Assembly (NCBI RefSeq): GCF_006345805.1
Contig: NC_043008.1
Span: forward strand, 73,594,001-73,658,000
Direction: 5' to 3'
DNA: 64,000 nt
From: Octopus sinensis
Lineage: Eukaryota
Within the stretch, counting starts at the first letter, position 1. The number at the start of each line of letters is the position of its first letter. The position numbers were made by a program, and so were the translations under genes. The notes beneath the pieces were generated by a model that was given only the letters and a program-made list of their open reading frames with translations, searched no databases and had not been told where the DNA came from. Positions 27,361 through 40,800 of the stretch are shown one piece after another.

Positions 27361-28401
27361 ATTTAGTGTAGGAAGAAATGGAGCTGAACGAAGATTTAAC
27401 AAAATTCCTTTTTATTATTTTCTACATATGTTTCAAAGGCTGCAAGTTAGTCTGGCGTTTGAAGAACGCGAATTCAACTTTTAGACTGGAATGGTCAATT
27501 TTATCGGTGTCTTTACCGTTTGATAAGGGCAAAAAAATCTGTGCTCTTTGTAACTCGGAACTCTTTCATATTCTGTTCGCCCGAGGGCACCTTGTTAACT
27601 CGATTGTGCAAAATTCTTTCAGATGCCCCCACTGGAAACGGAATACATTTCTCTCATACCAATGAAGTCTAATATAGTTAACCCCTTGATTTCCTAAGAA
27701 AATTGAAAAAAATTTGAATTAAATTTGTAAGGGGATATCACTCCCCTGTTAGTATAAGAACTGCTAGTTGTCTAGAACTGCTGACATCCCTGACAGCAGC
27801 ACTGTATCCTGCCATGACCATTGTGGACACCCCCTCTCTCTATCAAGTGTTTACAGACGAACATACAGACACAGTTTTTTCTGTTGCTTGACCATTAATA
27901 CCTGCTATATCTCTCTCTCTTGCTGCCTTCGAAACACACTGCCACACATACATAGACGCACACACACATACATGAAAGCAATTTCTCACACTCAAACACT
28001 CTAGCACTCATTCTTAAAATAATTCAAATATTAACACCAGTCATACAGAATACATTCACACTCTTTGATTTTCCTGTACTCCCCTTCTGCTAACCGGATT
28101 TTGACCTTGAATTATCTCAACGGACCTTCTCGTCTGCTTTCACCCAGCCTGGCGTCAACGCATATAGATAGACAGTTTGTGCCATTTATTCCATGGGCTC
28201 CTCGTGAGCGTTTTGTCGAAAAACTTGCTGTGCATTTTGTTGGAGAATTAAGTTCCTGGATTTTCCTGAAGAGAAGGCTGCAAAATGAACTCCTTATTCA
28301 AACCGAATTAGGGACTTTGCAGCCTTTGAAACATATGTAGAAAATAATAAAAAGGAATTTTGTTAAATCTTCGTTCAGCTCCTTTTCTTCCTACACTAAA
28401 T
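27361..28401. mobile_element. MITE-like non-autonomous DNA element, ~1040 bp, 85-bp TIRs
   Basis: 27361-27445 is the reverse complement of 28317-28401 with one mismatch. TA repeats on both flanks; no recognisable internal coding. Confidence 0.8.
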
Positions 28402-28579
28402 ATATAAAACTTCAAATTTCCGCACTAAGGCACGGATTTGAGGCCCCATGGTCGTAACCTCAACCGTGCTTTTTCTGTCGTGATTTTTGCTACCCAGGTA
28501 TCGGTTATCATTTGAATTATCCGTAATAAGATAATTCATTTATCTACTTCAATATATACATATATATATATATATATTT

Positions 28580-28629
<50 letters not shown>

Positions 28630-28710
28630 TATATTATATATATATATATATATATATGAAAAAACAAGTAAAAAATAGAAAATGCTAAAATAATTTTATA
28701 GTGAACATTT

Positions 28711-28748
28711 CAGTACCGGTTTCGGTCATTTTGAGACCTTTTCAACTG
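28711..28748 (-). ncRNA. Candidate minimal type I hammerhead ribozyme, U3:A8 core variant
   Basis: Minus strand: CAG-UUGAAAA-GGUC-UCAAAAU-GACC-GAAA-CCGG-UA-CUG. Helix I 3 bp, helix II 4 bp, palindromic helix III ACCGGU, GUA cleavage triplet. Confidence 0.55.
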
Positions 28749-29257
28749 TAACGATTAAATAATTAAATTTAGAAAAATTAGAAGAAAAGTTTTTTTAAAA
28801 GAATATTTCTATAGTAGTGTTCAGATTTAAGTGGCATTCTGCCTTTCTCTGACTCCCTTGTTTGCACTTGTGTGTTCGAGGTAGTTGTGAGCTCTTGGTA
28901 GGGTAGTAGAGAGAAGGCTGGTGAGGAAAGGGGGGTGGGAGAATCTGGGAGTGCCCTGATGGTCGTATTTTGAATGGTCAGTGGCGGCTGGCAGTCTCAG
29001 TTGAACTGAGACTGCCAGCCGCCACTGACCATTCAAAATACGACCATCAGGGCACTCCCAGATTCTCCCACCCCCCTTTCCTCACCAGCCTTCTCTCTAC
29101 TACCCTACCAAGAGCTCACAACTACCTCGAACACACAAGTGCAAACAAGGGAGTCAGAGAAAGGCAGAATGCCACTTAAATCTGAACACTACTATAGAAA
29201 TATTCTTTTAAAAAAACTTTTCTTCTAATTTTTCTAAATTTAATTATTTAATCGTTA

Positions 29258-29294
29258 CAGTTGAAAAGGTCTCAAAATGACCGAAACGGTACTG
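29258..29294 (+). ncRNA. Mirror copy of the U3:A8 hammerhead candidate, lacking one C in helix III
   Basis: CAG TTGAAAA GGTC TCAAAAT GACC GAAA CGG TA CTG. Confidence 0.4.
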
Positions 29295-29384
29295 AAATGT
29301 TCACTATAAAATTATTTTAGCATTTTCTATTTTTACTTGTTTTTTCATATATATCAACTCGTGTGTTCCTTTTCACCCTTATAC

Positions 29385-29416
<32 letters not shown>

Positions 29417-29479
29417 ATAAATATATATATATATATACATATATATGTGTGTGTGTGTGTGTGTATGCATGTATATATG

Positions 29480-29569
<90 letters not shown>

Positions 29570-30524
29570 GAGTAATTAGTGAATCACATAGGTATGGAAA
29601 ATTTTATTAAGTACTTAAAATTTTTCTTTCAGCAATTCTGTGACCGATGAACACGCCTGAGTTTGGTAGAAACCTGATGAGCGTATCACCATCGAATACA
29701 CAAACAAAGGTACTGTCGATAACCATGTGTGTGTGTGTGAGTTCAGGGTGTGTTTGTGTACATATACCTGTGTAATTTATCTTGTATCTTAATAGGGTCC
29801 TATTACTAATACGAACCACACGTACTATTATGAATATGACCCTCCCACGATACGATATATATGGTCTTTTATATATATATACGTCTTACGCTCAAATATA
29901 CCTCAACAATGGCCTCTCCGTAAATCTCTCTATATATATATATTTGTATGCACTACTTATGAAGCGCGATTTTAATCACAATCTTCTGATAAGTGAGTTA
30001 CAATTATTCCACGCGAATACATTGAAATTCACGTTACTCCATCTTGAACGAATTTTCTGTGCAACGAATGTTGCTAAACATACGCTATCACTCACCTGAA
30101 ACAGCTGTCAAGATAAATCTTACTACTTAACTTCTTTTGCTTATTTTCTGTACCTAATTTTGGATTTCTAAGCCCACTTGTGTTTATGAGCCTTTTCAGT
30201 TATACATACATACATACACACACTCACTCTCTCTCTCTCTCTCTCTCTCTCTAACACACGCATATGTATTATGTATCCATATATGTATGTGTATATATAT
30301 ATGTGTGTGTGTGTGAGTATGTATGTATTTCAAAATGTCAGCTTGTTTATTTCTCTTTCTATATAAATGCTGACTGAAATACTTACGTAAACAATTCGTC
30401 CTTGGTTTTTCAAAATGAAGAAACCACGAATGTTACAAACCAAACAAAATTAGAAATAATACTGTATGTATATATATATATATGTATATTTCTCTCTCTT
30501 TCTCTCTTTGTGTATGTATAAACT

Positions 30525-30563
<39 letters not shown>

Positions 30564-30621
30564 GTATATATATATATATATATATATACATACATATATA
30601 TATATATATATATACATACAT

Positions 30622-30678
<57 letters not shown>

Positions 30679-31439
30679 TATATATATATAAATACATACA
30701 TATATATGAACACTTAAGTAAAGTGGGAGGTAAATGTATTTTCTCAGTACGATGGCAAAAACTATATATCGTATATCTTTCTGTTTCATAATTGATTTTT
30801 GATTTACTTATCGGAACTGCATCAAGCAAACAGGATGGGAAATTCAGAAACATCGTTTGTGATTGCAAAAAAAGAAGATGTGTTTAGGAACACAGAATGG
30901 AATCGCTGTAATATCACTGAAGTTGTTGCTTCAGCCTGGCCTCAGCCTTAAACCAAATGGTGTCTATGTAAAAAAAAGAAATCTATATATTTCTTTGTCT
31001 ATACTATATTTTCAATATTTTACTTTTCAACGAAAGTAAAGTGACTTTTTATTCCATTTCATACACTTATGTTTACTTCGGCAACTTTATCACAAACATA
31101 ATTTGCTTTCTTGCACACACGCTGACACATACACGTGCTACGACATACACGCACACGCATACACACAAATGCACACACACACAAGCACACACAGATGTTT
31201 GGTGAAATAAATCAGGAAAACTAAACGCAAACCATGACTGTATATATTTTTATGTCAGCTGCAGTACAGAGTGACTCGAAAACTGAGAGTTTCGTACATC
31301 GTTATCTATTGAAAATCTTACCCTGTGGAATATTGTAACGTCTGTCGATTATTAATAAAAATATATGTGTGTGTGCTTGTGTGTGCATACTATGATCCCG
31401 GAGTAATGTTTAAATAGAAAATAACTTATTCACCTAAGT

Positions 31440-32276
31440 TTTAACAGCATCTCCCTCAAAATAGCCAACGTGCGCTAAAATACATCGGTCCAAGCGTTTC
31501 TGCCACTTTTGGAAAACGGCGTAAGATTCGTTTTCTGTCCAAGGACTTCTGCAGTTCGTTCTGGATCACGACAATGGTGCTAAAACTTTTGAGCTGCATT
31601 TTCCTCTTGGGGAAGAGACTGATATCTGCAGGTGCTAAATCTAGCGAATAGGGCGGGTGTGGAAGCGATTCCATGATGCATTTGGCGAGAAAATCACGAG
31701 TGAGGAGAGCTCGGTGACAGGCTGCATTGTTGTCGCGACGAAGCCAATTCTTCCCACTCCACACATCTGGTCGCTTTTTGCCGAATTCTCCCCCCAAACG
31801 CTTTAAAACGTCTTTGCGTGTCCTTCGACAATGCTCATGCACAAGCTGACGAATTTTCTCCGCATTTCCCGTTTGTGATGCTCGTGGTAGGTCTTCCAGG
31901 TCGCTCCTTGACTTCTAGAGTCGTTCTTCCGCTTTTCAAGCGCCCAATCGAAACAGTGCGTACGACCAGTTGCCTGATCGCCGTAAGCTTGCCGAAGCAT
32001 GCGCAATGTCTTTGTAACAGACCTTCCAATTTCGCGTTGGCTCTTTGTTCCAACTTCCTGTCCATGACAAAAATCGCAGACTACATCTTGCACGTGGTCG
32101 CACAAACATAAATTTCGCAGATTGCTGTGTTTACTACATGCGTAGTAAACACAGCAATGTTATTCGGCTCATTGCCTCTAAAGGTCACTATTAGCTCTAA
32201 ATGCGCACGGAGCCGTGTGCAGCCATCTGTTAGCGCGTAACAGAAGATGTCCGGGAAATTTTGATACCACCTCGTA
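31440..32276 (-). mobile_element. Internally deleted mariner element
   Basis: N-terminal 'EQRAN...GRTTLEVKERPGRPTTS' joined directly to C-terminal 'DVLKRL...RDNNAACHRALLTRDFLAK...PHPPYSLDLAPAD'. The WVP and first catalytic D regions are missing. TIR-like TACGAGGTGGTATCAAAATTTCCCGGAC at the right end. Confidence 0.85.
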
Positions 32277-32779
32277 CATATGTTAACATACAGAATTTGT
32301 ATATTAGGTGACAACTCCGCCATTTTAGCTAACGAGTGTGGAATGAGAATTTTTAAAATTACGGATATTTCAAGGCATGCACGTTTATGAACTAGTAGCA
32401 AAGGAAGAAGATATCTACAAAGGGAAATAATTATTCAGAAACTGTAGTATTGCTTGTTTGTTTTTGTAGTTTGTCTTTGCTTTATAGATGAAAGTATCCT
32501 GTATATTATGAGATTTAATAATATAGCAAAGGGGCACCTGCACCTTATACATAAGTTCGGATATTGTTGCTTGTAGCTTAGTGCAACTAACAATGTATGG
32601 TTCGCAGACAACTGCATGCAGACATACAGGCTACTACAAGCACCCGTCTCGTTTCCGAACTTTCATAGAGATAATCAAATAGGTATTCAAAAAGAAGTGC
32701 AGAAACAAATCTGGTCTGCCATTCTCACTATTGACATAAGATCATATTTCTTTATGACAATCATGCACAATATATGCTG

Positions 32780-34300
32780 TACGTTTGCTCCAGAGATACC
32801 ATAAAACTGACAGAGAGCCTAATTCCCAGGGACAGGAAGAGTCCAATGAAAATATGAGAAAAGATCTGAAATAGTGTATAAGGGAAATTAAGGGATTGCG
32901 CAGAATTCTATTTCAAACAAACACTTGAGATTGAAAGTGAACTCAAGTACTCCCATGGAAATAGAGGAGAGAAAAAGCAGCTAGGGCGGCTGAAAAATGT
33001 GAAGGTAAACCCTAAAACCTCCTATATGTTTACAAAAGATCTTTTTCAATAGGAAATAGCTAGAGAAATAGTCCCAAGTAAATGGCTCACATACTATAAC
33101 CCTCAGAACATAAGTGAAATACTGAATGGCATTACGAAAGTGCTTTCACAACTCTTTTGGGACACTTGCAGATAGCTATGCCTGGTGAGTCATCATCATG
33201 ACAGCTCAATTATATTGAAATAAAGGGAACTGATGTAATATCAGCCATTGATAACATTCTCAGCATGATTTGTCTGAAAGAAATGCAAAGGTGTTCTTGC
33301 AAGACCACAGTAGATCCCCTACCAAAGCTTCCTTGCAAGTGGGAGATTTCTCACAAAGTTAAAGGAATGCATAATATGTCTTTTACATAAAGGAAGTAGC
33401 AAAGCGAACGGTAAAAAATTATAGGCTTGTCTCTCTAATAAGTCATTGAGCGCAATGCCACGAGGAAGTTCATCCTGTTCCTAGAAGATCATAACTGGCT
33501 TCCTGACACCCTGCACAACCTCCGATCAGAAAGACGCCACTTTACACAGCTGTGTGTTGAAACTGAAACGAAGGTGTAAAGTATATTGATTTTGCAAAGG
33601 CCATTTATAAGTATGGTCATGAAATGCTATGTAACAAGCTACGGGTCTTGGCATACTCGGAAAACTGGGAGAGTGGTTACATGACTTCTTAAAAGTCAGA
33701 AGCCAGGTCGTGGAAGTCAATGGGGTCATCTCAAAGAGTAGTAAACATGAGTGGAGTGATTCATGGAACTGTCTTGAGACCGCTACTGCTTACTCTAGCT
33801 TTCTCGGACGTAACATCCGTTATACAGACAGCCACACTTACTAGTTATGCCAACGATGCAGTGAAGGAATCTTTGACCTAGATGCCATATATAAACAGGC
33901 TGTAGAAAACAACATGTAATGATTTTGCAGGAAAATTCCAAGCCCCCTGCAATCAGTCAGCTTACACTAACTTGACACAACTAGGATCAAATGGAGCGCA
34001 AATCCCTGGGTCAAGGCACAGTACATGATCTGGAGATTGATATGAGCATCGACACCTCATTTCATCTACATATCACCAAGATGGTGGCGATGCGCAGGCG
34101 ATTGGCTAGCTGGATTCTCCGAACTGTCAGAGCAAGAGACCAATATATTTTACTGGTTCTGTAGAGGACATTTGTCCTCAGCTAACTGGACTACTGCTTT
34201 CAACTGAAATACTACTAATTCTAACGGAACATGAGGCATTTTAGCTGTGCTACAATAGAACTGCTGAGCTACTTTAAAAGACTCTACTTCCTGGAGCAAA
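32780..34300 (+). mobile_element. Second, more decayed copy of a CR1/L2/Jockey-type LINE RT region
   Basis: 'gtatattgattttgcaaaggcc' (YIDFAKA), 'GKLGEWLHDFLK', 'TSYANDA' (decayed YADD). Same motif order as 8290-10490. Confidence 0.75.
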
Positions 34301-34337
34301 GAGCAAAGACGGGAAAGATATGCATTGATATATATAC

Positions 34338-34371
<34 letters not shown>

Positions 34372-35007
34372 ATATATATATATATATATTAGGGTAAAAT
34401 ATGAAAAATCAACGAAAATGCATATTGCAAATAGAAAAAGGCTATTTATGACAGGTAGCGACAAATATATACATTTAGATTGACTGAGGTAGTAATCCGA
34501 GTCATAAAGGTCATTCTTATGACATGATTATATGATGATAATAAAGTAAGAGAACAAAACGAACCAATGGTTTACGCGAAGCTATTCATCATTTGAACAA
34601 CATCCTTCCAGTCCAGATTGAAAACCAGGCACTGCCATAGCATGACGCTCAAAGACCCACAGTAATTTGGTATTTTGGTGAAAAAAGTCTGAATTCTACA
34701 TACAGCAGGATAAGATGTTTTCACGAAACAACTGACCTTTTGCTGTACAAGTTCTAGGATGGACCTACACCATAGCAAGAATCTCAAAAGAGGCTTGCAA
34801 AATTAAACTTTCTTCTTCACCTCAAAGCCATTGAAAGGGTTGTAATACTGGCGGTGGCCCGCTATGGCTACAGCTTTTCGACTAAAACTTATAAAAGGAC
34901 AAAATAATAGATGTGTGTGTATGTTTGTACATATACATATATATGCATATACATATATATGTATATCCATATGTATATCCATATGCATATATATGTGTGT
35001 ATATGTA

Positions 35008-35040
<33 letters not shown>

Positions 35041-35837
35041 GTAAATAATTTCACAAACTTTTTGTTGGTGTTTCAAATACACGTTCACCACATAGTTGAA
35101 ATATTACAGACCAGTAAAATGATTATAAATTGGTAGTACATATAAGTGTGTACAGATAGCAATTCAACAAATAAGCATTTAAAGCTGATTGAGCAACACT
35201 TTCAAAATAACGGTGTACAGTAGGATGAAATACGGATTGAATGTAACCAACCAAAGTGTAATTCAAAGACCACGAAAGTTGTCCTTGAAATGGCAATTTC
35301 CTAAATATAAAAGTGTTGTATATTGGGGTAAGTGTCGAGATTGATTGATTAAGTGCCAATCTGAAACTTGGAATAAATTCTTTTCCTTGTTTTTTACTTA
35401 GTTCACACTCCATTTTAAAAAAAACTGTTGAATCATTTTCACCCACAACCATCTTATTTCCTAAATGTCCAAATAGGTTTCTCCCGTAGTATTTAGTCCA
35501 TAATATTTATTCTTGTAAACGTAAACCATTTTCCCATTCATTTATCTATTTATCTTACCACTTATAACAGCCTCAATAGCTGGTCGTTCGTTTTTAAATT
35601 ACTACTGATCAGTTATATCAAAAGTTTGGCCTTGGTCTATCTCTCTTCAGAAAACATGTTGAAGGGCGTATCCACTTACTAGTAAATTAAAAAAATACAT
35701 TCAATGAATTAGCATTTTATTATTATGATAAATAATATTAGTACTATAAACATAATCATTAAAAATTATTATGATCAATTTTTAACCTTAGTGTATCTTC
35801 ACACGTTCTCCGACTAAAACATATTGGCGTATTCCAC

Positions 35838-35932
<95 letters not shown>

Positions 35933-35953
35933 TATTATTATTATTATTATTTT

Positions 35954-36511
35954 TAAGTGAGAGAGCAGTGCATATCATCAAAGTGACACTGGGGTAAAAT
36001 ATACGAATCCCAGTATACCCATCACGACTACTCGTCTGATAAGGGTAAACTAGGCACATGCATCACAACCATATGTGCACGACATGGTAATCTCATATCA
36101 AGATAACCAGCACATAACCTTGCATTTGGGTCCCAGTTAGAATTTTCTTCATGTCAAGTAGTCCATCCTGCTCAAAAGGTCCCTGAATAAGGGTTATTTA
36201 AGGATGTTGAACAAAACACATATGTTTCCAGAGGGGAATTATTTAAACCCCAAAGAATCCCACTCAACACATGGCTATGATGCTCCCCCACTACTTCTGC
36301 TCATGATCAGAGATGCACATATCATCAGCCACTCAGGGACACGCTCAACTGCTAATGGTCAAACAACTAACAAGCAAATCTGTGGTATTGAGCAGAATAT
36401 TTGCTGTAGCCCATCTTTTATACCAAGACAAAACAATGTACATGATAACACTTCCAATCAGTTAAGATCACAAGCCAAGAGAGCCACTGCCTGGTACGCA
36501 TCAGGGCATTT
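35954..36511. mobile_element. Unclassified ~560-bp insert bracketed by (ATT)n on both sides; probable microsatellite-associated retroelement fragment
   Basis: Complex sequence between (ATT)n at ~35843-35953 and ~36512-36553. No protein motif recognised. Confidence 0.35.
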
Positions 36512-36513
36512 AA

Positions 36514-36555
<42 letters not shown>

Positions 36556-37080
36556 CCATCCTATATCCCCATGCAAAAGATTAATCCACCAAATACTGGT
36601 TTAAGTTTAGTCATTTACTTAAAGTCCCAGAGATACACAATCAAAATGGTATGATTACAACCATATTGAACTTTTCTTTTCTAATCCCTTCTTTAGCATT
36701 TATTCTTGACTCTATTGAAGCTCCATGGTTCAGATCAGTTTTATTACGAAATATGAGAAATGTTTTTAGCATATCAGTGGCAATAGCATACAACATTGCA
36801 AGAAGAAGCAGCCGTTTGATAGGATGCAGTCTATTTGTAGTGAATTAATAAAAGATATTTAATGTAAGTCAATTGTTGTTCATCCATATTTCTCCATTTT
36901 CTGTTTTGTTTAAATTCTGATTCTTGGTAAACTTGTGTTTATCCTTCTCTTTACCCATAATTTGTGAGCATAATATGCTTGCATATGTATGGCCATGGTT
37001 AAACATAGGTAAAATACCGGTAGTATAATGGATACTTCTATCCCTTAGACAGTTATTTCAACTTCTAAATCTGCTAACTT

Positions 37081-37125
<45 letters not shown>

Positions 37126-37128
<3 letters not shown>

Positions 37129-37800
37129 TAAAACGGTAAGCTAACAATAGAAAGAAAGATACCTCAATATTATGTAAATAGAGGAAATTTATCTGTGAGT
37201 TTCAGATGCCGAAGTGGGAATCCACAACGCCATCTCTTCGGTTATCTGGCTATTTGAAAACGCTATGAAAAAAATACCGTTATACAAAGGGAAATTACTG
37301 TGTTATAACTCTGCTTGCCTGCGTACTTTTACATCGCTATGTAAACGTACGCATCTTCACTCGCATTTTTCGCTATAAAAAATTATATAAAAATACATAA
37401 AAATATATAAAAAATATATATACATAAAATATATATAAAAATATATGATAGAAGGTATGATGAGGTAAAAAACCTTCTTGGGACATAACATAGAAAGCAT
37501 GTTCTATTTGTTTTCTTTAGGAGACCAAAAACGTACCAGAAATTTAGTCACATTGGGGCATGATCCGAAAAGTTCTGTCCTTGAGTTTAGACATGTAGTA
37601 GGGTCTAAGCTGCTTTTCCAGATGAGCCATCTCTCCATGTCGCATAGACTGCACCTTCCGCTGCCGTTGGTATAGGGCTTACATTTGACCAAAATCTTCC
37701 AATGTATGTTATAATCGAAACCCTTATCTCTTAAAGACCAAATATGATTAGATAATTGAAAAGAAAAGCGACACAATTATCTAATCATATTTGGTCTTTA
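37126..37800 (-). mobile_element. 5'-truncated Penelope-like element: GIY-YIG endonuclease C-terminus, 3' UTR and terminal hairpin
   Basis: 37758->37504 encodes QLSNHIWSLRDKGFDYNIHWKILVKCKPYTNGSGRCSLCDMERWLI...CLNSRTELFGSCP, the typical PLE endonuclease tail. 27-bp perfect IR at 37732-37758/37774-37800; (TA)n on both sides. Confidence 0.8.
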
Positions 37801-37819
37801 TATATATATATATATATAT

Positions 37820-40800
37820 ATTTCAACAATTGAGGGCAAAATTAATTAATTATTAATCAATTTCACCAAGTGTTCAGTATGCAAAGGGACCATTCAAGGC
37901 GAATTCAAATTATTACATTATATAAAAGGCTTAGTAAAATAAATTACTTTGCCGCATACTGAACTCATTAGAAATAGCAGCTAAAAAACTTTTTTAAAGC
38001 TATTTCTAATACTTAAAGAAATCTCTCTCATATATAGTGTTTGCTTAATTCAACTCACAAAAGTTTGGGGGTAAGGACATCGAAAAATCAAATGCTAAGG
38101 TTATTTGAGAACGTACGTTTCAAGATTAGTCAAAAACAACACTTCTATCATCAGCTCAGAAATTCCTTGGTTTGGATTTGGAAACACTGAAAATAAGAAC
38201 ATACCCTTTCGAAGATCTGCTCGTAACTAACAGTGCCAACAAATTCAAAAAAGCAAGCGAAGATTCTCTGTTCTCCCCTTTCCACCAGCGTGGGTTAAAA
38301 ACATCAAACACTATGCTTATTTCGGTAAAATCCGAAGCATTAATCAGAGGGAGATTAATTATTATTTCAACAATTGAGGGCAAAATTAATTAATTATTAA
38401 TCAATTTCACAAGTGTTCAGTATGCAAAGGGACCATTCAAGGCGAATTCAAATTATTACATTATATAAAAGGGCTTAGTAAAATAAATTACTTGCCGCAT
38501 ACTGAACTCATTAGAAATAGCAGCTAAAAAACTTTTTTAAAGCTATTTCTAATACTTAAAGAAAATCTCTATCATATATAGTGTTTGCTTAATTCAACTC
38601 ACAAAAGTTTGGGGGTAAGGACATCGAAAAATCAAATGCTAAGGTTATTTGAGAACGTACGTTTCAAGATTAGTCAAAAACAACACTTCTATCATCAGCT
38701 CAGAAATTCCTTGGTTTGGATTTGGAAACACTGAAAATAAGAACATACCCTTTCGAAGATCTGCTCGTAACTAACAGTGCCAACAAATTCAAAAAAGCAA
38801 GCGAAGAATCTCTGTTCTCCCCTTTCCACCAGCGGGTTAAAAACATCAAACACTATGCTTATTTCGGTAAAATCCGAAGCATTAATCAGAGGGAGATTAA
38901 TTATAATTTCAACAATTGAGGGCAAAATTAATTAATTATTAATCAATTTCACCAAGTGTTCAGTATGCAAAGGGACCATTCAAGGCGAATTCAAATTATT
39001 ACATTATAAAAAGGGCTTAGTAAAATAAATTACTTTGCCGCATACTGAACTCATTAGAAATAGCAGCTAAAAAACTTTTTTAAAGCTATTTCTAATACTT
39101 AAAGAAAATCTCTCTCATATATAGTGTTTGCTAATTCAACTCACAAAAGTTTGGGGGTAAGGACATCGAAAAATCAAATGCTAAGGTTATTTGAGAACGT
39201 ACGTTTCAAGATTAGTCAAAAACAACACTTCTATCATCAGCTCAGAAATTCCTTGGTTTGGATTTGGAAACACTGAAAATAAGAACATACCCTTTCGAAG
39301 ATCTGCTCGTAACTAACAGTGCCAACAAATTCAAAAAGCAAGCGAAGAATCTCTGTTCTCCCCTTTCCACCAGCGTGGGTTAAAAACATCAAACACTATG
39401 CTTATTTCGGTAAAATCCGAAGCATTAATCAGAGGGAGATTAATTATAATTTCAACAATTGAGGGCAAAATTAATTAATTATTAATCAATTTCACCAAGT
39501 GTTCAGTATGCAAAGGGACCATTCAAGGCGAATTCAAATTATTACATTATATAAAAGGGCTTAGTAAAATAAATTACTTTGCCGCATACTGAACTCATTA
39601 GAAATAGCAGCTAAAAAACTTTTTTAAAGCTATTTCTAATACTTAAAGAAAATCTCTCTCATATATAGTGTTTGCTTAATTCAACTCACAAAAGTTTGGG
39701 GGTAAGGACATCGAAAAATCAAATGCTAAGGTTATTTGAGAACGTACGTTTCAAGATTAGTCAAAAACAACACTTCTCTATCAGCTCAATCATGAAATTC
39801 CTTTTGGATTTGGAAACACTGAAAATAAGAACATAAGACATACCTTTCGAAGATCTGCTCGTAACTAACAGTGCCAACAAATTCAAAAAAGCAAGCGAAG
39901 AATCTCTGTTCTCCCCTTTCCACCAGCGTGGGTTAAAAACATCAAACACTATGCTTATTTCGGTAAAATCCGAAGCATTAATCAGAGGGAGATTAATTAT
40001 AATTTCAACAATTGAGGGCAAAATTAATTAATTATTAATCAATTTCACCAAGTGTTCAGTATGCAAAGGGACCATTCAAGGCGAATTCAAATTATTACAT
40101 TATATAAAAGGGCTTAGTAAAATAAATTACTTTGCCGCATACTGAACTCATTAGAAATAGCAGCTAAAAAACTTTTTTAAAGCTATTTCTAATACTTAAA
40201 GAAAATCTCTCTCATATATAGTGTTTGCTTAATTCAACTCACAAAAGTTTGGGGGTAAGGACATCGAAAAATCAAATGCTAAGATTATTGAGAACGTACG
40301 TTTCAAGATTAGTCAAAAACAACACTTCTATCATCAGCTCAGAAATTCCTTGGTTTGGATTTGGAAACACTGAAAATAAGAACATACCCTTTCGAAGATC
40401 TGCTCGTAACTAACAGTGCCACAAATTCAAAAAAGCAAGCGAAGAATCTCTGTTCTCCCCTTTCCACCAGCGTGGGTTAAAAACATCAAACACTATGCTT
40501 ATTTCGGTAAAATCCGAAGCATTAATCAGAGGGAGATTAATTATAATTTCAACAATTGAGGGCAAAATTAATTAATTATTAATCAATTTCACCAAGTGTT
40601 CAGTATGCAAAGGGACCATTCAAGGCGAATTCAAATTATTACATTATATAAAAGGGCTTAGTAAAATAAATTACTTTGCCGCATACTGAACTCATTAGAA
40701 ATAGCAGCTAAAAAACTTTTTTAAAGCTATTTCTAATACTTAAAGAAAATCTCTCTCATATATAGTGTTTGCTTAATTCAACTCACAAAAGTTTGGGGGT

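Larger units (their letters stand above)
28651..29354. repeat. Near-perfect ~700-bp palindrome centred on 29003
   Basis: ...CTCAGTT-G-AACTGAG... with a 1-nt spacer; arms differ only by two single-base deletions seen by eye. Flanked by (TA)n. Confidence 0.95.

Noticed and set aside
29650-29700. CCGATGA...GAAAC and CTGATGAG...CGAAT strings
   Set aside because: No arrangement gives a complete core with pairable helices.
37185-37245. Minus-strand CCGAAGA-GATG...CATC-TGAAAC in the Penelope 3' UTR
   Set aside because: U4 is changed to C, there is an extra base before GAAA, and no helix I or III can be formed.
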